Assembly (NCBI GenBank): GCA_964016885.1
Contig: OZ024748.1
Span: forward strand, 33,852,001 to 33,916,000
Direction: 5' to 3'
Length of the DNA: 64,000 nucleotides
DNA from: Eledone cirrhosa
Lineage: Eukaryota
The notes under the pieces were generated by a model. It ran no database searches. It saw only the letters and a list, made by a program, of their open reading frames with translations, and was not told the DNA's origin. How positions within the stretch are numbered: the stretch's first letter is position 1; the number at the start of each line of letters is the position of its first letter. A program made the translations under genes and the position numbers. Positions 1-15,900 of this stretch are shown piece after piece.

Positions 1-3000
1 TCAAGGACAAATTTACCACAGAATCGGTTCGGTACTGCTCACGACAGACGGACAGCCCCAGTTCCTACAACTATACTTTGTCACTGACTATTTGAACCAA
101 GCGGAACGACGCGCTTCAATTTTGCCTGGCAGAGATATGAACATTCTGTTGCAACTCCAGAGAATGCTGCACAAAAACAACAACTACATTCGCAGTTTTA
201 AATGCGCATTGGAGGCTGCTCCATTGCCAAATTTTGCTGTTATAATCGACGCTGACAGGAAACCACCAAGCACCCACGCCAGACGTTTTAACACTCCCAC
301 GTGCAATGAAATAGCTGTGCTTCTTCATGGAGAACAGTACAACAAGCGGGATATCATACTTCAGTGTAGGGACAATAGTCTGCAACGGATCAGCGAGACG
401 CATAGGTCCTACGACGCATTCCAATATCCCCTACTTTTCCCAGTCGGTGATGACGGATACCACTTTGGAATTCCTTTGTGCAACAGCAAAAAAGTGTTTC
501 CTCTATGCAATTTTACACCTACCGATTCATGGTCCGCGAATGCTGCTTTAACCAACTCCATCGTGCAAGAGTGCTCTTCAACCAGCTTGCTGTAGACGCG
601 TGCGCAAAGATGGAATCTGAAAGGCTGTGCTTCGTAAGGAACAATCAAGCACGCCTTCGTTCGGACAGCTACATTCACTTACAGGATGGAGTAAGGAATG
701 ACGTCAATCCCGAGAACCTAGGAAAACATTGTATCCTTCCATCGACCTTCATTGGGAGTCCCCGATACATGAGTGAATGCACACAGGATGCTATGACGTA
801 CGTGCGTCTCTACGGCAGACCGGATCTCTTCATCACTTCAACATGCAACCCTAAGTGGAATGAAATTACCGCGGAATTATTCCCCGGACAAAGGGCGTCA
901 GACAGACACGATCTTACGGCACGAGTATTTCACTTGAAGTTGACAAAACTTATTGAACTCCTAAAATCAGGTAAGGCCTTTGGACCTGTTAGGTGCTACG
1001 TATACACCGTTGAGTGGCAAAAGAAAGGCCTGCCACACGCCCACCTACTCATTTGGCTGATAACGAAAATCAACGCAAGCAGCATTGACAGCATCATTTC
1101 AGCAGAAATGCCAGACCTAAAATTGAACAGAAAACTCCACAACATCGTCACTGCTCACATGGTTCATGGGCCATGCGGAAACGGTTATAACATGAATTCT
1201 CCATGCATTAAAGAAAGAAGGTGCACCAAGAGGTATCCTAGGCCATTCCTCCGAGAAACTCGGACAGGTGGCGACGGTTATCCATTATACCGCCAAAGGG
1301 AGCCAGCGGACGGAGGAATTGTTGCGAAAACACCACATCACAACGTCGACAACCGGTGGATTGTACCCTACTGCCCACTTCTGCTTAAATTGTTTAACGC
1401 CCACATTAACATTGAATACTGCCACTCCATCAAATCGATAAAGTACGTCTGCAAGTATATCAATAAGGGGTCCGATGCTGCGTCCTTTGGTCTTACAATG
1501 GAGAACAACCGAGACGAAGTAACTCGATACCAGGTCGGCCGATACATCAGCAGCAATGAAGCAGTTGACGGTGCACCTTGAAAACGGTCAAAGAGTCTAC
1601 TTCACCGCCTCCATCGCTGCTGAGATAGCAGAGGAACCCAAGGACATCACACTTACGGCATTTTTTAAGTTATGCCGAAACGATCCCTTCACCAAGACCA
1701 TCTTCTACTCTCAGGTGTCATCACACTACACATGGAACAGAATTTGGTTAAGAAGGGTGAAAGGACAACCCATCGAGGGCCATCCAGACATTAAAATGTC
1801 CCCTACCCTTGGGAGAGTGTACACCATTCATCCTAACCAACAGGAATGCTTTTATCTCCGCCTTCTACTGCATGACGTGGTAGGACCGACATCTTTCGAC
1901 TATCTGAAAACAATCAACGGAGAGCTTTGTACTTCATTCTGCGCAGTCTGCCTTAGACGGGGTCTACTGGAAGATGGCGCTCAGTGGGATGCGACATTGG
2001 CGGAGGCAGCTACAATACGCTCAGGGCGAACTCTTTGGCAACTCTTTGCGGTGCTACTGCAGACATGCGAGTTAAACGACCCTGCATCCTTATGGGACAA
2101 ATACAAAGAGGACCTTTCCGATAACTACATACACCGAGGACAACTGCTACTCCCTCATTCCGACGTATGACTCAGCGACGAATTCTTCAACAAAGCTCTC
2201 ATTGACATCGAGGACAAAATCCTAACTGCCGGCGGAAATGACCTTCCATTCTATGGACTGCTAAAAGTTCAGCGAACGGGCTCCGACGAACTTCCGACGG
2301 GCATAATTCAGGAAACTGCCTACGACGTCCACGCCCTCGAACTGTTCATCAAGGAAAATGAGCCAAAATTGTTGCAGGACCAACATCAGGCGTATGACAC
2401 AGTTTGCACTTCCATTCGTCAACGCAGAGGAGGTATCTTCTTTTTGGACGCCCCAGGTAAAACATTCGTCACTAAAATCCTCCTCGCCAAAGTGCGACAG
2501 CAAAAAGGAATCGCCCTGGCTGTGGCTTCTTCTGGCATTGCCGCAACTCTGCTGCCCGGAGGTAGGACATCTCATTCCGCATTTAAACTGTCGTTCAACA
2601 CGACTTCAGATGACACAATAACCTGCAACATCACCAAAGACTCTGACAAAGCTGAAGTCTTGAAAAGATGGCACCTAATTGTGTGGGACGAATACACAAT
2701 GACCCATAAAGGGTCCCTTGAGGCGTTAGACAGGACTCTACGAGACATCAGGGAATGCAACCGGCCGATGGGAGGAGTACCTCTACTGCTGTCTGGCGAT
2801 TTTCGACAAGTTCTTCCAGTTGTTCCAAAAGCCACCAGGGCCGACACTGTGGGGGCTTGCATTAAGTCATCTCCCCTGTGGCATGAAGTGACAATCCTGA
2901 TCCTCACAACAAACATGAGAGCCCAACTGCTCAGCGACCACTCAGCAGCCGACTTCTCAAAGGACCTCTTAACAGTTGGTGACGGCACTGCACCTTCAGA

Positions 3001-3725
3001 TGAAGCTGGAGAAATGGCAGTCTCGCAAGTAGGCACCGTTGTCGACACTGTTGACGACCTCACAGCCTCTGTCTTTCCCGATATGGCGACCAACTACAAA
3101 ATCACGAATTGGCTATGCGATAGAGCCATATTAGCTCCCAAAAATGTCTCTGTTGCAAATATCAATGAGGACCTTCTGCAACGCATTCCTGGAAACCTCC
3201 GTACCTACAAATCTGTGGACAAAGTGGTGGACAAAGATGAGGTTGACGATTTTTCAACAGAATTCCTCAATTCCTTGGACCTCTCTGGACGGCCACCCCA
3301 TGAACTGCGCGTCAAAGTTGGGACTCCAGTCATGGTGTTGACGAACCTGGAACCACCACGTCTCTGCAATCGGAACACGGTTAGTGGTAAGAAACCTTCT
3401 GCCGCATGTAATTGAAGCCACAAATCTCACGGGCTGCGGCGCTGGAGAAAACGTCTTCATACCCATAATACCATTAACTCCATCAGGTAAGGAATGTCCT
3501 TGTACTATGCGCCGACTTCAATTCCCCGTTAAACTTTGCTTCGTGATGTCAATCAACAAGTCTCAAGGCCAAACGCTAACAACAGCAGTCCTCCATTTAG
3601 GACAGCCGTGCGTCTCACACGGCCAATTATACGTCGCATGCTCAAGAGTCGGATGCAAGCAGAACGTATTCATACTTGCGGCCAAAGGCAGAACAAAACA
3701 TGTGTTCTACATAGAGGTGTTGTGA
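1..3725 (+). pseudogene. Helitron RepHel (HUH Rep + PIF1 helicase), split by frameshifts/stops into ORFs 92-595, 478-1581, 1556-2170, 2369-3415 and 3384-3725
   Basis: Rep motifs PDLFITSTCNPKW, VEWQKKGLPHAHLL (HUH) and YVCKYINK. Helicase motifs IVWDE, GDFRQ, INKSQGQT and HGQLYVACSRV. Walker A is shortened to DAPGKT (usually xxPGGTGKT). Confidence 0.93.
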
Positions 3726-3906
3726 CTCCTCTATTCGGAACCACTGCAGTCTTGCCTGTGTAACATATGGTGAGTAGATGCTATTGTTGTATATTTTCAA
3801 ACTTACCCGTATTTACTTTCAATGCCGCAATATTCATAATTGAGTGGAATCATTAAAAGTATTTTAAAGCAATTAAACTCCGAGCAACGCTGGGCACTTC
3901 TGCTAG
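1..3906 (+). mobile_element. Helitron (rolling-circle transposon), autonomous type, decayed; 5' end lies outside the window
   Basis: Rep and PIF1-helicase coding remnants at 1-3725, then a subterminal hairpin (CCGAGC-AAC-GCTGGG, 3880-3894), terminal CTAG at 3903-3906 and a following T, as expected for a Helitron 3' end. Confidence 0.93.

Positions 3907-3962
<56 letters not shown>
3907..3962. repeat. (TA)n microsatellite at the Helitron insertion site
   Basis: Read directly from the sequence. Confidence 0.95.
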
Positions 3963-3963
<1 letters not shown>

Positions 3964-3966
<3 letters not shown>

Positions 3967-6900
3967 AGCCAATCTATCGCTAAAACAAACTACATTTTCT
4001 GTTTCTATTAATTGCTAAATACGTAGGGGTTTTTGGACGTATTTAACAGAACAAATTTTGTATTTTTGTTAATCGCTTGTTAAATGCATGGACCCCACTC
4101 AATCATTACCTTCTTGCTAGCTATTTTCAAACCTTAATTCCTAACGTATTTTCAAGCCTCAATCCCTTCAAAACAAAAAACAAAATCCTTTCCTTCTTCC
4201 TTCTTCGAAGGCACGGGGCGGTCAAACGCCCAACACTCACAGCCATCATGTGGCCCCCTCCCCTCGCTCTCTCTCACTCTCTCTCTCTCTCTCTATAAAT
4301 ATATGATAGGAATTCACTTCGCCAAATTTCATTTCATTGCTTGCTGGGCACGGTATTCATGTAAACGTAATGTACAGACTTCATCTCTCTCCCTCAACAA
4401 ATCTTAATTCTCGTATTTTCAAAACAATCCATATTTCGTATCAAGTCCAAATAGCCAATCTATCGCTAAAACAAACTACATTTTCTGTTTCTATTAATTG
4501 CTAAATACGTAGGGTTTTTGGACGTATTTAACAGAACAAATTTTGTATTTTTGTTAATCGCTTGTTAAATGCATGGACCCCACTCAATCATTACCTTCTT
4601 GCTAGCTATTTTCAAACCTTAATTCCTAACGTATTTTCAAGCCTCAATCCCTAATTCTAGCGTGTCTTCAAAACAAAAAACAAAATCCTTTCCTTCTTCC
4701 TTCTTCGAAGGCACGGGGCGGTCAAACGCCCAACACTCACAGCCATCATGTGGCCCCCTCCCCTCGCTCTCTCTCACTCTCTCTCTCTCTCTATAAATAT
4801 ATGATAGGAATTCACTTCGCCAAATTTCATTTCATTGCTTGCTGGGCACGGTATTCATGTAAACGTAATGTACAGACTTCATCTCTCTCCCTCAACAAAT
4901 CTTAATTCTCGTATTTTCAAAACAATCCATATTTCGTATCAAGTCCAAATAGCCAATCTATCGCTAAAACAAACTACATTTTCTGTTTCTATTAATTGCT
5001 AAATACGTAGGGTTTTTGGACGTATTTAACAGAACAAATTTTGTATTTTTGTTAATCGCTTGTTAAATGCATGGACCCCACTCAATCATTACCTTCTTGC
5101 TAGCTATTTTCAAACCTTAATTCCTAACGTATTTTCAAGCCTCAATCCCTAATTCTAGCGTATCTTCAAAACAAAAAACAAAATCCTTTCCTTCTTCCTT
5201 CTTCGAAGGCACGGGGCGGTCAAACGCCCAACACTCACAGCCATCATGTGGCCCCCTCCCCTCGCTCTCTCTCACTCTCTCTCTCTCTCTCTATAAATAT
5301 ATGATAGGAATTCACTTCGCCAAATTTCATTTCATTGCTTGCTGGGCACGGTATTCATGTAAACGTAATGTACAGACTTCATCTCTCTCCCTCAACAAAT
5401 CTTAATTCTCGTATTTTCAAAACAATCCATATTTCGTATCAAGTCCAAATAGCCAATCTATCGCTAAAACAAACTACATTTTCTGTTTCTATTAATTGCT
5501 AAATACGTAGGGTTTTTGGACGTATTTAACAGAACAAATTTTGTATTTTTGTTAATCGCTTGTTAAATGCATGGACCCCACTCGATCATTACCTTCTTGC
5601 TAGCTATTTTCAAACCTTAATTCCTAACGTATTTTCAAGCCTCAATCCCTAATTCTAGCGTATCTTCAAAACAAAAAACAAAATCCTTTCCTTCTTCCTT
5701 CTTCGAAGGCACGGGGCGGTCAAACGCCCAACACTCACAGCCATCATGTGGCCCCCTCCCCTCGCTCTCTCTCACTCTCTCTCTCTCTCTATAAATATAT
5801 GATAGGAATTCACTTCGCCAAATTTCATTTCATTGCTTGCTGGGCACGGTATTCATGTAAACGTAATGTACAGACTTCATCTCTCTCCCTCAACAAATCT
5901 TAATTCTCGTATTTTCAAAACAATCCATATTTCGTATCAAGTCCAAATAGCCAATCTATCGCTAAAACAAACTACATTTTCTGTTTCTATTAATTGCTAA
6001 ATACGTAGGGTTTTTGGACGTATTTAACAGAACAAATTTTGTATTTTTGTTAATCGCTTGTTAAATGCATGGACCCCACTCAATCATTACCTTCTTGCTA
6101 GCTATTTTCAAACCTTAATTCCTAACGTATTTTCAAGCCTCAATCCCTAATTCTAGCGTATCTTCAAAACAAAAAACAAAATCCTTTCCTTCTTCCTTCT
6201 TCGAAGGCACGGGGCGGTCAAACGCCCAACACTCACAGCCATCATGTGGCCCCCTCCCCTCGCTCTCTCTCACTCTCTCTCTCTCTCTATAAATATATGA
6301 TAGGAATTCACTTCGCCAAATTTCATTTCATTGCTTGCTGGGCACGGTATTCATGTAAACGTAATGTACAGACTTCATCTCTCTCCCTCAACAAATCTTA
6401 ATTCTCGTATTTTCAAAACAATCCATATTTCGTATCAAGTCCAAATAGCCAATCTATCGCTAAAACAAACTACATTTTCTGTTTCTATTAATTGCTAAAT
6501 ACGTAGGGTTTTTGGACGTATTTAACAGAACAAATTTTGTATTTTTGTTAATCGCTTGTTAAATGCATGGACCCCACTCAATCATTACCTTCTTGCTAGC
6601 TATTTTCAAACCTTAATTCCTAACGTATTTTCAAGCCTCAATCCCTAATTCTAGCGTATCTTCAAAACAAAAAACAAAATCCTTTCCTTCTTCCTTCTTC
6701 GAAGGCACGGGGCGGTCAAACGCCCAACACTCACAGCCATCATGTGGCCCCCTCCCCTCGCTCTCTCTCACTCTCTCTCTCTCTCTATAAATATATGATA
6801 GGAATTCACTTCGCCAAATTTCATTTCATTGCTTGCTGGGCACGGTATTCATGTAAACGTAATGTACAGACTTCATCTCTCTCCCTCAACAAATCTTAAT

Positions 6901-9900
6901 TCTCGTATTTTCAAAACAATCCATATTTCGTATCAAGTCCAAATAGCCAATCTATCGCTAAAACAAACTACATTTTCTGTTTCTATTAATTGCTAAATAC
7001 GTAGGGTTTTTGGACGTATTTAACAGAACAAATTTTGTATTTTTGTTAATCGCTTGTTAAATGCATGGACCCCACTCAATCATTACCTTCTTGCTAGCTA
7101 TTTTCAAACCTTAATTCCTAACGTATTTTCAAGCCTCAATCCCTAATTCTAGCGTATCTTCAAAACAAAAAACAAAATCCTTTCCTTCTTCCTTCTTCGA
7201 AGGCACGGGGCGGTCAAACGCCCAACACTCACAGCCATCATGTGGCCCCCTCCCCTCGCTCTCTCTCACTCTCTCTCTCTCTCTATAAATATATGATAGG
7301 AATTCACTTCGCCAAATTTCATTTCATTGCTTGCTGGGCACGGTATTCATGTAAACGTAATGTACAGACTTCATCTCTCTCCCTCAACAAATCTTAATTC
7401 TCGTATTTTCAAAACAATCCATATTTCGTATCAAGTCCAAATAGCCAATCTATCGCTAAAACAAACTACATTTTCTGTTTCTATTAATTGCTAAATACGT
7501 AGGGTTTTTGGACGTATTTAACAGAACAAATTTTGTATTTTTGTTAATCGCTTGTTAAATGCATGGACCCAACTCAATCATTACCTTCTTGCTAGCTATT
7601 TTCAAACCTTAATTCCTAACGTATTTTCAAGCCTCAATCCCTAATTCTAGCGTATCTTCAAAACAAAAAACAAAATCCTTTCCTTCTTCCTTCTTCGAAG
7701 GCACGGGGCGGTCAAACGCCCAACACTCACAGCCATCATGTGGCCCCCTCCCCTCGCTCTCTCTCACTCTCTCTCTCTCTCTATAAATATATGATAGGAA
7801 TTCACTTCGCCAAATTTCATTTCATTGCTTGCTGGGCACGGTATTCATGTAAACGTAATGTACAGACTTCATCTCTCTCCCTCAACAAATCTTAATTCTC
7901 GTATTTTCAAAACAATCCATATTTCGTATCAAGTCCAAATAGCCAATCTATCGCTAAAACAAACTACATTTTCTGTTTCTATTAATTGCTAAATACGTAG
8001 GGTTTTTGGACGTATTTAACAGAACAAATTTTGTATTTTTGTTAATCGCTTGTTAAATGCATGGACCCCACTCAATCATTACCTTCTTGCTAGCTATTTT
8101 CAAACCTTAATTCCTAACGTATTTTCAAGCCTCAATCCCTAATTCTAGCGTATCTTCAAAACAAAAAACAAAATCCTTTCCTTCTTCCTTCTTCGAAGGC
8201 ACGGGGCGGTCAAACGCCCAACACTCACAGCCATCATGTGGCCCCCTCCCCTCGCTCTCTCTCACTCTCTCTCTCTCTCTCTATAAATATATGATAGGAA
8301 TTCACTTCGCCAAATTTCATTTCATTGCTTGCTGGGCACGGTATTCATGTAAACGTAATGTACAGACTTCATCTCTCTCCCTCAACAAATCTTAATTCTC
8401 GTATTTTCAAAACAATCCATATTTCGTATCAAGTCCAAATAGCCAATCTATCGCTAAAACAAACTACATTTTCTGTTTCTATTAATTGCTAAATACGTAG
8501 GGTTTTTGGACGTATTTAACAGAACAAATTTTGTATTTTTGTTAATCGCTTGTTAAATGCATGGACCCCACTCAATCATTACCTTCTTGCTAGCTATTTT
8601 CAAACCTTAATTCCTAACGTATTTTCAAGCCTCAATCCCTAATTCTAGCGTATCTTCAAAACAAAAAACAAAATCCTTTCCTTCTTCCTTCTTCGAAGGC
8701 ACGGGGCGGTCAAACGCCCAACACTCACAGCCATCATGTGGCCCCCTCCCCTCGCTCTCTCTCACTCTCTCTCTCTCTCTCTCTCTATAAATATATGATA
8801 GGAATTCACTTCGCCAAATTTCATTTCATTGCTTGCTGGGCACGGTATTCATGTAAACGTAATGTACAGACTTCATCTCTCTCCCTCAACAAATCTTAAT
8901 TCTCGTATTTTCAAAACAATCCATATTTCGTATCAAGTCCAAATAGCCAATCTATCGCTAAAACAAACTACATTTTCTGTTTCTATTAATTGCTAAATAC
9001 GTAGGGTTTTTGGACGTATTTAACAGAACAAATTTTGTATTTTTGTTAATCGCTTGTTAAATGCATGGACCCCACTCAATCATTACCTTCTTGCTAGCTA
9101 TTTTCAAACCTTAATTCCTAACGTATTTTCAAGCCTCAATCCCTAATTCTAGCGTATCTTCAAAACAAAAAACAAAATCCTTTCCTTCTTCCTTCTTCGA
9201 AGGCACGGGGCGGTCAAACGCCCAACACTCACAGCCATCATGTGGCCCCCTCCCCTCGCTCTCTCTCACTCTCTCTCTCTCTCTATAAATATATGATAGG
9301 AATTCACTTCGCCAAATTTCATTTCATTGCTTGCTGGGCACGGTATTCATGTAAACGTAATGTACAGACTTCATCTCTCTCCCTCAACAAATCTTAATTC
9401 TCGTATTTTCAAAACAATCCATATTTCGTATCAAGTCCAAATAGCCAATCTATCGCTAAAACAAACTACATTTTCTGTTTCTATTAATTGCTAAATACGT
9501 AGGGTTTTTGGACGTATTTAACAGAACAAATTTTGTATTTTTGTTAATCGCTTGTTAAATGCATGGACCCCACTCAATCATTACCTTCTTGCTAGCTATT
9601 TTCAAACCTTAATTCCTAACGTATTTTCAAGCCTCAATCCCTAATTCTAGCGTATCTTCAAAACAAAAAACAAAATCCTTTCCTTCTTCCTTCTTCGAAG
9701 GCACGGGGCGATCAAACGCCCAACACTCACAGCCATCATGTGGCCCCCTCCCCTCGCTCTCTCTCACTCTCTCTCTCTCTCTATAAATATATGATAGGAA
9801 TTCACTTCGCCAAATTTCATTTCATTGCTTGCTGGGCACGGTATTCATGTAAACGTAATGTACAGACTTCATCTCTCTCCCTCAACAAATCTTAATTCTC

Positions 9901-12900
9901 GTATTTTCAAAACAATCCATATTTCGTATCAAGTCCAAATAGCCAATCTATCGCTAAAACAAACTACATTTTCTGTTTCTATTAATTGCTAAATACGTAG
10001 GGTTTTTGGACGTATTTAACAGAACAAATTTTGTATTTTTGTTAATCGCTTGTTAAATGCATGGACCCCACTCAATCATTACCTTCTTGCTAGCTATTTT
10101 CAAACCTTAATTCCTAACGTATTTTCAAGCCTCAATCCCTAATTCTAGCGTATCTTCAAAACAAAAAACAAAATCCTTTCCTTCTTCCTTCTTCGAAGGC
10201 ACGGGGCGGTCAAACGCCCAACACTCACAGCCATCATGTGGCCCCCTCCCCTCGCTCTCTCTCACTCTCTCTCTCTCTCTATAAATATATGATAGGAATT
10301 CACTTCGCCAAATTTCATTTCATTGCTTGCTGGGCACGGTATTCATGTAAACGTAATGTACAGACTTCATCTCTCTCCCTCAACAAATCTTAATTCTCGT
10401 ATTTTCAAAACAATCCATATTTCGTATCAAGTCCAAATAGCCAATCTATCGCTAAAACAAACTACATTTTCTGTTTCTATTAATTGCTAAATACGTAGGG
10501 TTTTTGGACGTATTTAACAGAACAAATTTTGTATTTTTGTTAATCGCTTGTTAAATGCATGGACCCCACTCAATCATTACCTTCTTGCTAGCTATTTTCA
10601 AACCTTAATTCCTAACGTATTTTCAAGCCTCAATCCCTAATTCTAGCGTATCTTCAAAACAAAAAACAAAATCCTTTCCTTCTTCCTTCTTCGAAGGCAC
10701 GGGGCGGTCAAACGCCCAACACTCACAGCCATCATGTGGCCCCCTCCCCTCGCTCTCTCTCACTCTCTCTCTCTCTCTATAAATATATGATAGGAATTCA
10801 CTTCGCCAAATTTCATTTCATTGCTTGCTGGGCACGGTATTCATGTAAACGTAATGTACAGACTTCATCTCTCTCCCTCAACAAATCTTAATTCTCGTAT
10901 TTTCAAAACAATCCATATTTCGTATCAAGTCCAAATAGCCAATCTATCGCTAAAACAAACTACATTTTCTGTTTCTATTAATTGCTAAATACGTAGGGTT
11001 TTTGGACGTATTTAACAGAACAAATTTTGTATTTTTGTTAATCGCTTGTTAAATGCATGGACCCCACTCAATCATTACCTTCTTGCTAGCTATTTTCAAA
11101 CCTTAATTCCTAACGTATTTTCAAGCCTCAATCCCTAATTCTAGCGTATCTTCAAAACAAAAAACAAAATCCTTTCCTTCTTCCTTCTTCGAAGGCACGG
11201 GGCGGTCAAACGCCCAACACTCACAGCCATCATGTGGCCCCCTCCCCTCGCTCTCTCTCACTCTCTCTCTCTCTCTATAAATATATGATAGGAATTCACT
11301 TCGCCAAATTTCATTTCATTGCTTGCTGGGCACGGTATTCATGTAAACGTAATGTACAGACTTCATCTCTCTCCCTCAACAAATCTTAATTCTCGTATTT
11401 TCAAAACAATCCATATTTCGTATCAAGTCCAAATAGCCAATCTATCGCTAAAACAAACTACATTTTCTGTTTCTATTAATTGCTAAATACGTAGGGTTTT
11501 TGGACGTATTTAACAGAACAAATTTTGTATTTTTGTTAATCGCTTGTTAAATGCATGGACCCCACTCAATCATTACCTTCTTGCTAGCTATTTTCAAACC
11601 TTAATTCCTAACGTATTTTCAAGCCTCAATCCCTAATTCTAGCGTATCTTCAAAACAAAAAACAAAATCCTTTCCTTCTTCCTTCTTCGAAGGCACGGGG
11701 CGGTCAAACGCCCAACACTCACAGCCATCATGTGGCCCCCTCCCCTCGCTCTCTCTCACTCTCTCTCTCTCTCTATAAATATATGATAGGAATTCACTTC
11801 GCCAAATTTCATTTCATTGCTTGCTGGGCACGGTATTCATGTAAACGTAATGTACAGACTTCATCTCTCTCCCTCAACAAATCTTAATTCTCGTATTTTC
11901 AAAACAATCCATATTTCGTATCAAGTCCAAATAGCCAATCTATCGCTAAAACAAACTACATTTTCTGTTTCTATTAATTGCTAAATACGTAGGGTTTTTG
12001 GACGTATTTAACAGAACAAATTTTGTATTTTTGTTAATCGCTTGTTAAATGCATGGACCCCACTCAATCATTACCTTCTTGCTAGCTATTTTCAAACCTT
12101 AATTCCTAACGTATTTTCAAGCCTCAATCCCTAATTCTAGCGTATCTTCAAAACAAAAAACAAAATCCTTTCCTTCTTCCTTCTTCGAAGGCACGGGGCG
12201 GTCAAACGCCCAACACTCACAGCCATCATGTGGCCCCCTCCCCTCGCTCTCTCTCACTCTCTCTCTCTCTCTATAAATATATGATAGGAATTCACTTCGC
12301 CAAATTTCATTTCATTGCTTGCTGGGCACGGTATTCATGTAAACGTAATGTACAGACTTCATCTCTCTCCCTCAACAAATCTTAATTCTCGTATTTTCAA
12401 AACAATCCATATTTCGTATCAAGTCCAAATAGCCAATCTATCGCTAAAACAAACTACATTTTCTGTTTCTATTAATTGCTAAATACGTAGGGTTTTTGGA
12501 CGTATTTAACAGAACAAATTTTGTATTTTTGTTAATCGCTTGTTAAATGCATGGACCCCACTCAATCATTACCTTCTTGCTAGCTATTTTCAAACCTTAA
12601 TTCCTAACGTATTTTCAAGCCTCAATCCCTAATTCTAGCGTATCTTCAAAACAAAAAACAAAATCCTTTCCTTCTTCCTTCTTCGAAGGCACGGGGCGGT
12701 CAAACGCCCAACACTCACAGCCATCATGTGGCCCCCTCCCCTCGCTCTCTCTCACTCTCTCTCTCTCTCTATAAATATATGATAGGAATTCACTTCGCCA
12801 AATTTCATTTCATTGCTTGCTGGGCACGGTATTCATGTAAACGTAATGTACAGACTTCATCTCTCTCCCTCAACAAATCTTAATTCTCGTATTTTCAAAA

Positions 12901-15900
12901 CAATCCATATTTCGTATCAAGTCCAAATAGCCAATCTATCGCTAAAACAAACTACATTTTCTGTTTCTATTAATTGCTAAATACGTAGGGTTTTTGGACG
13001 TATTTAACAGAACAAATTTTGTATTTTTGTTAATCGCTTGTTAAATGCATGGACCCCACTCAATCATTACCTTCTTGCTAGCTATTTTCAAACCTTAATT
13101 CCTAACGTATTTTCAAGCCTCAATCCCTAATTCTAGCGTATCTTCAAAACAAAAAACAAAATCCTTTCCTTCTTCCTTCTTCGAAGGCACGGGGCGGTCA
13201 AACGCCCAACACTCACAGCCATCATGTGGCCCCCTCCCCTCGCTCTCTCTCACTCTCTCTCTCTCTCTCTATAAATATATGATAGGAATTCACTTCGCCA
13301 AATTTCATTTCATTGCTTGCTGGGCACGGTATTCATGTAAACGTAATGTACAGACTTCATCTCTCTCCCTCAACAAATCTTAATTCTCGTATTTTCAAAA
13401 CAATCCATATTTCGTATCAAGTCCAAATAGCCAATCTATCGCTAAAACAAACTACATTTTCTGTTTCTATTAATTGCTAAATACGTAGGGTTTTTGGACG
13501 TATTTAACAGAACAAATTTTGTATTTTTGTTAATCGCTTGTTAAATGCATGGACCCCACTCAATCATTACCTTCTTGCTAGCTATTTTCAAACCTTAATT
13601 CCTAACGTATTTTCAAGCCTCAATCCCTAATTCTAGCGTATCTTCAAAACAAAAAACAAAATCCTTTCCTTCTTCCTTCTTCGAAGGCACGGGGCGGTCA
13701 AACGCCCAACACTCACAGCCATCATGTGGCCCCCTCCCCTCGCTCTCTCTCACTCTCTCTCTCTCTCTATAAATATATGATAGGAATTCACTTCGCCAAA
13801 TTTCATTTCATTGCTTGCTGGGCACGGTATTCATGTAAACGTAATGTACAGACTTCATCTCTCTCCCTCAACAAATCTTAATTCTCGTATTTTCAAAACA
13901 ATCCATATTTCGTATCAAGTCCAAATAGCCAATCTATCGCTAAAACAAACTACATTTTCTGTTTCTATTAATTGCTAAATACGTAGGGTTTTTGGACGTA
14001 TTTAACAGAACAAATTTTGTATTTTTGTTAATCGCTTGTTAAATGCATGGACCCCACTCAATCATTACCTTCTTGCTAGCTATTTTCAAACCTTAATTCC
14101 TAACGTATTTTCAAGCCTCAATCCCTAATTCTAGCGTATCTTCAAAACAAAAAACAAAATCCTTTCCTTCTTCCTTCTTCGAAGGCACGGGGCGGTCAAA
14201 CGCCCAACACTCACAGCCATCATGTGGCCCCCTCCCCTCGCTCTCTCTCACTCTCTCTCTCTCTCTCTATAAATATATGATAGGAATTCACTTCGCCAAA
14301 TTTCATTTCATTGCTTGCTGGGCACGGTATTCATGTAAACGTAATGTACAGACTTCATCTCTCTCCCTCAACAAATCTTAATTCTCGTATTTTCAAAACA
14401 ATCCATATTTCGTATCAAGTCCAAATAGCCAATCTATCGCTAAAACAAACTACATTTTCTGTTTCTATTAATTGCTAAATACGTAGGGTTTTTGGACGTA
14501 TTTAACAGAACAAATTTTGTATTTTTGTTAATCGCTTGTTAAATGCATGGACCCCACTCAATCATTACCTTCTTGCTAGCTATTTTCAAACCTTAATTCC
14601 TAACGTATTTTCAAGCCTCAATCCCTAATTCTAGCGTATCTTCAAAACAAAAAACAAAATCCTTTCCTTCTTCCTTCTTCGAAGGCACGGGGCGGTCAAA
14701 CGCCCAACACTCACAGCCATCATGTGGCCCCCTCCCCTCGCTCTCTCTCACTCTCTCTCTCTCTCTCTATAAATATATGATAGGAATTCACTTCGCCAAA
14801 TTTCATTTCATTGCTTGCTGGGCACGGTATTCATGTAAACGTAATGTACAGACTTCATCTCTCTCCCTCAACAAATCTTAATTCTCGTATTTTCAAAACA
14901 ATCCATATTTCGTATCAAGTCCAAATAGCCAATCTATCGCTAAAACAAACTACATTTTCTGTTTCTATTAATTGCTAAATACGTAGGGTTTTTGGACGTA
15001 TTTAACAGAACAAATTTTGTATTTTTGTTAATCGCTTGTTAAATGCATGGACCCCACTCAATCATTACCTTCTTGCTAGCTATTTTCAAACCTTAATTCC
15101 TAACGTATTTTCAAGCCTCAATCCCTAATTCTAGCGTATCTTCAAAACAAAAAACAAAATCCTTTCCTTCTTCCTTCTTCGAAGGCACGGGGCGGTCAAA
15201 CGCCCAACACTCACAGCCATCATGTGGCCCCCTCCCCTCGCTCTCTCTCACTCTCTCTCTCTCTCTATAAATATATGATAGGAATTCACTTCGCCAAATT
15301 TCATTTCATTGCTTGCTGGGCACGGTATTCATGTAAACGTAATGTACAGACTTCATCTCTCTCCCTCAACAAATCTTAATTCTCGTATTTTCAAAACAAT
15401 CCATATTTCGTATCAAGTTCAAATAGCCAATCTATCGCTAAAACAAACTACATTTTCTGTTTCTATTAATTGCTAAATACGTAGGGTTTTTGGACGTATT
15501 TAACAGAACAAATTTTGTATTTTTGTTAATCGCTTGTTAAATGCATGGACCCCACTCAATCATTACCTTCTTGCTAGCTATTTTCAAACCTTAATTCCTA
15601 ACGTATTTTCAAGCCTCAATCCCTAATTCTAGCGTATCTTCAAAACAAAAAACAAAATCCTTTCCTTCTTCCTTCTTCGAAGGCACGGGGCGGTCAAACG
15701 CCCAACACTCACAGCCATCATGTGGCCCCCTCCCCTCGCTCTCTCTCACTCTCTCTCTCTCTCTATAAATATATGATAGGAATTCACTTCGCCAAATTTC
15801 ATTTCATTGCTTGCTGGGCACGGTATTCATGTAAACGTAATGTACAGACTTCATCTCTCTCCCTCAACAAATCTTAATTCTCGTATTTTCAAAACAATCC

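Noticed and set aside
4077-4298. 73-aa ORF in the first array unit
   Set aside because: Open only because of the 15-bp deletion in unit 1; other units have a stop there.
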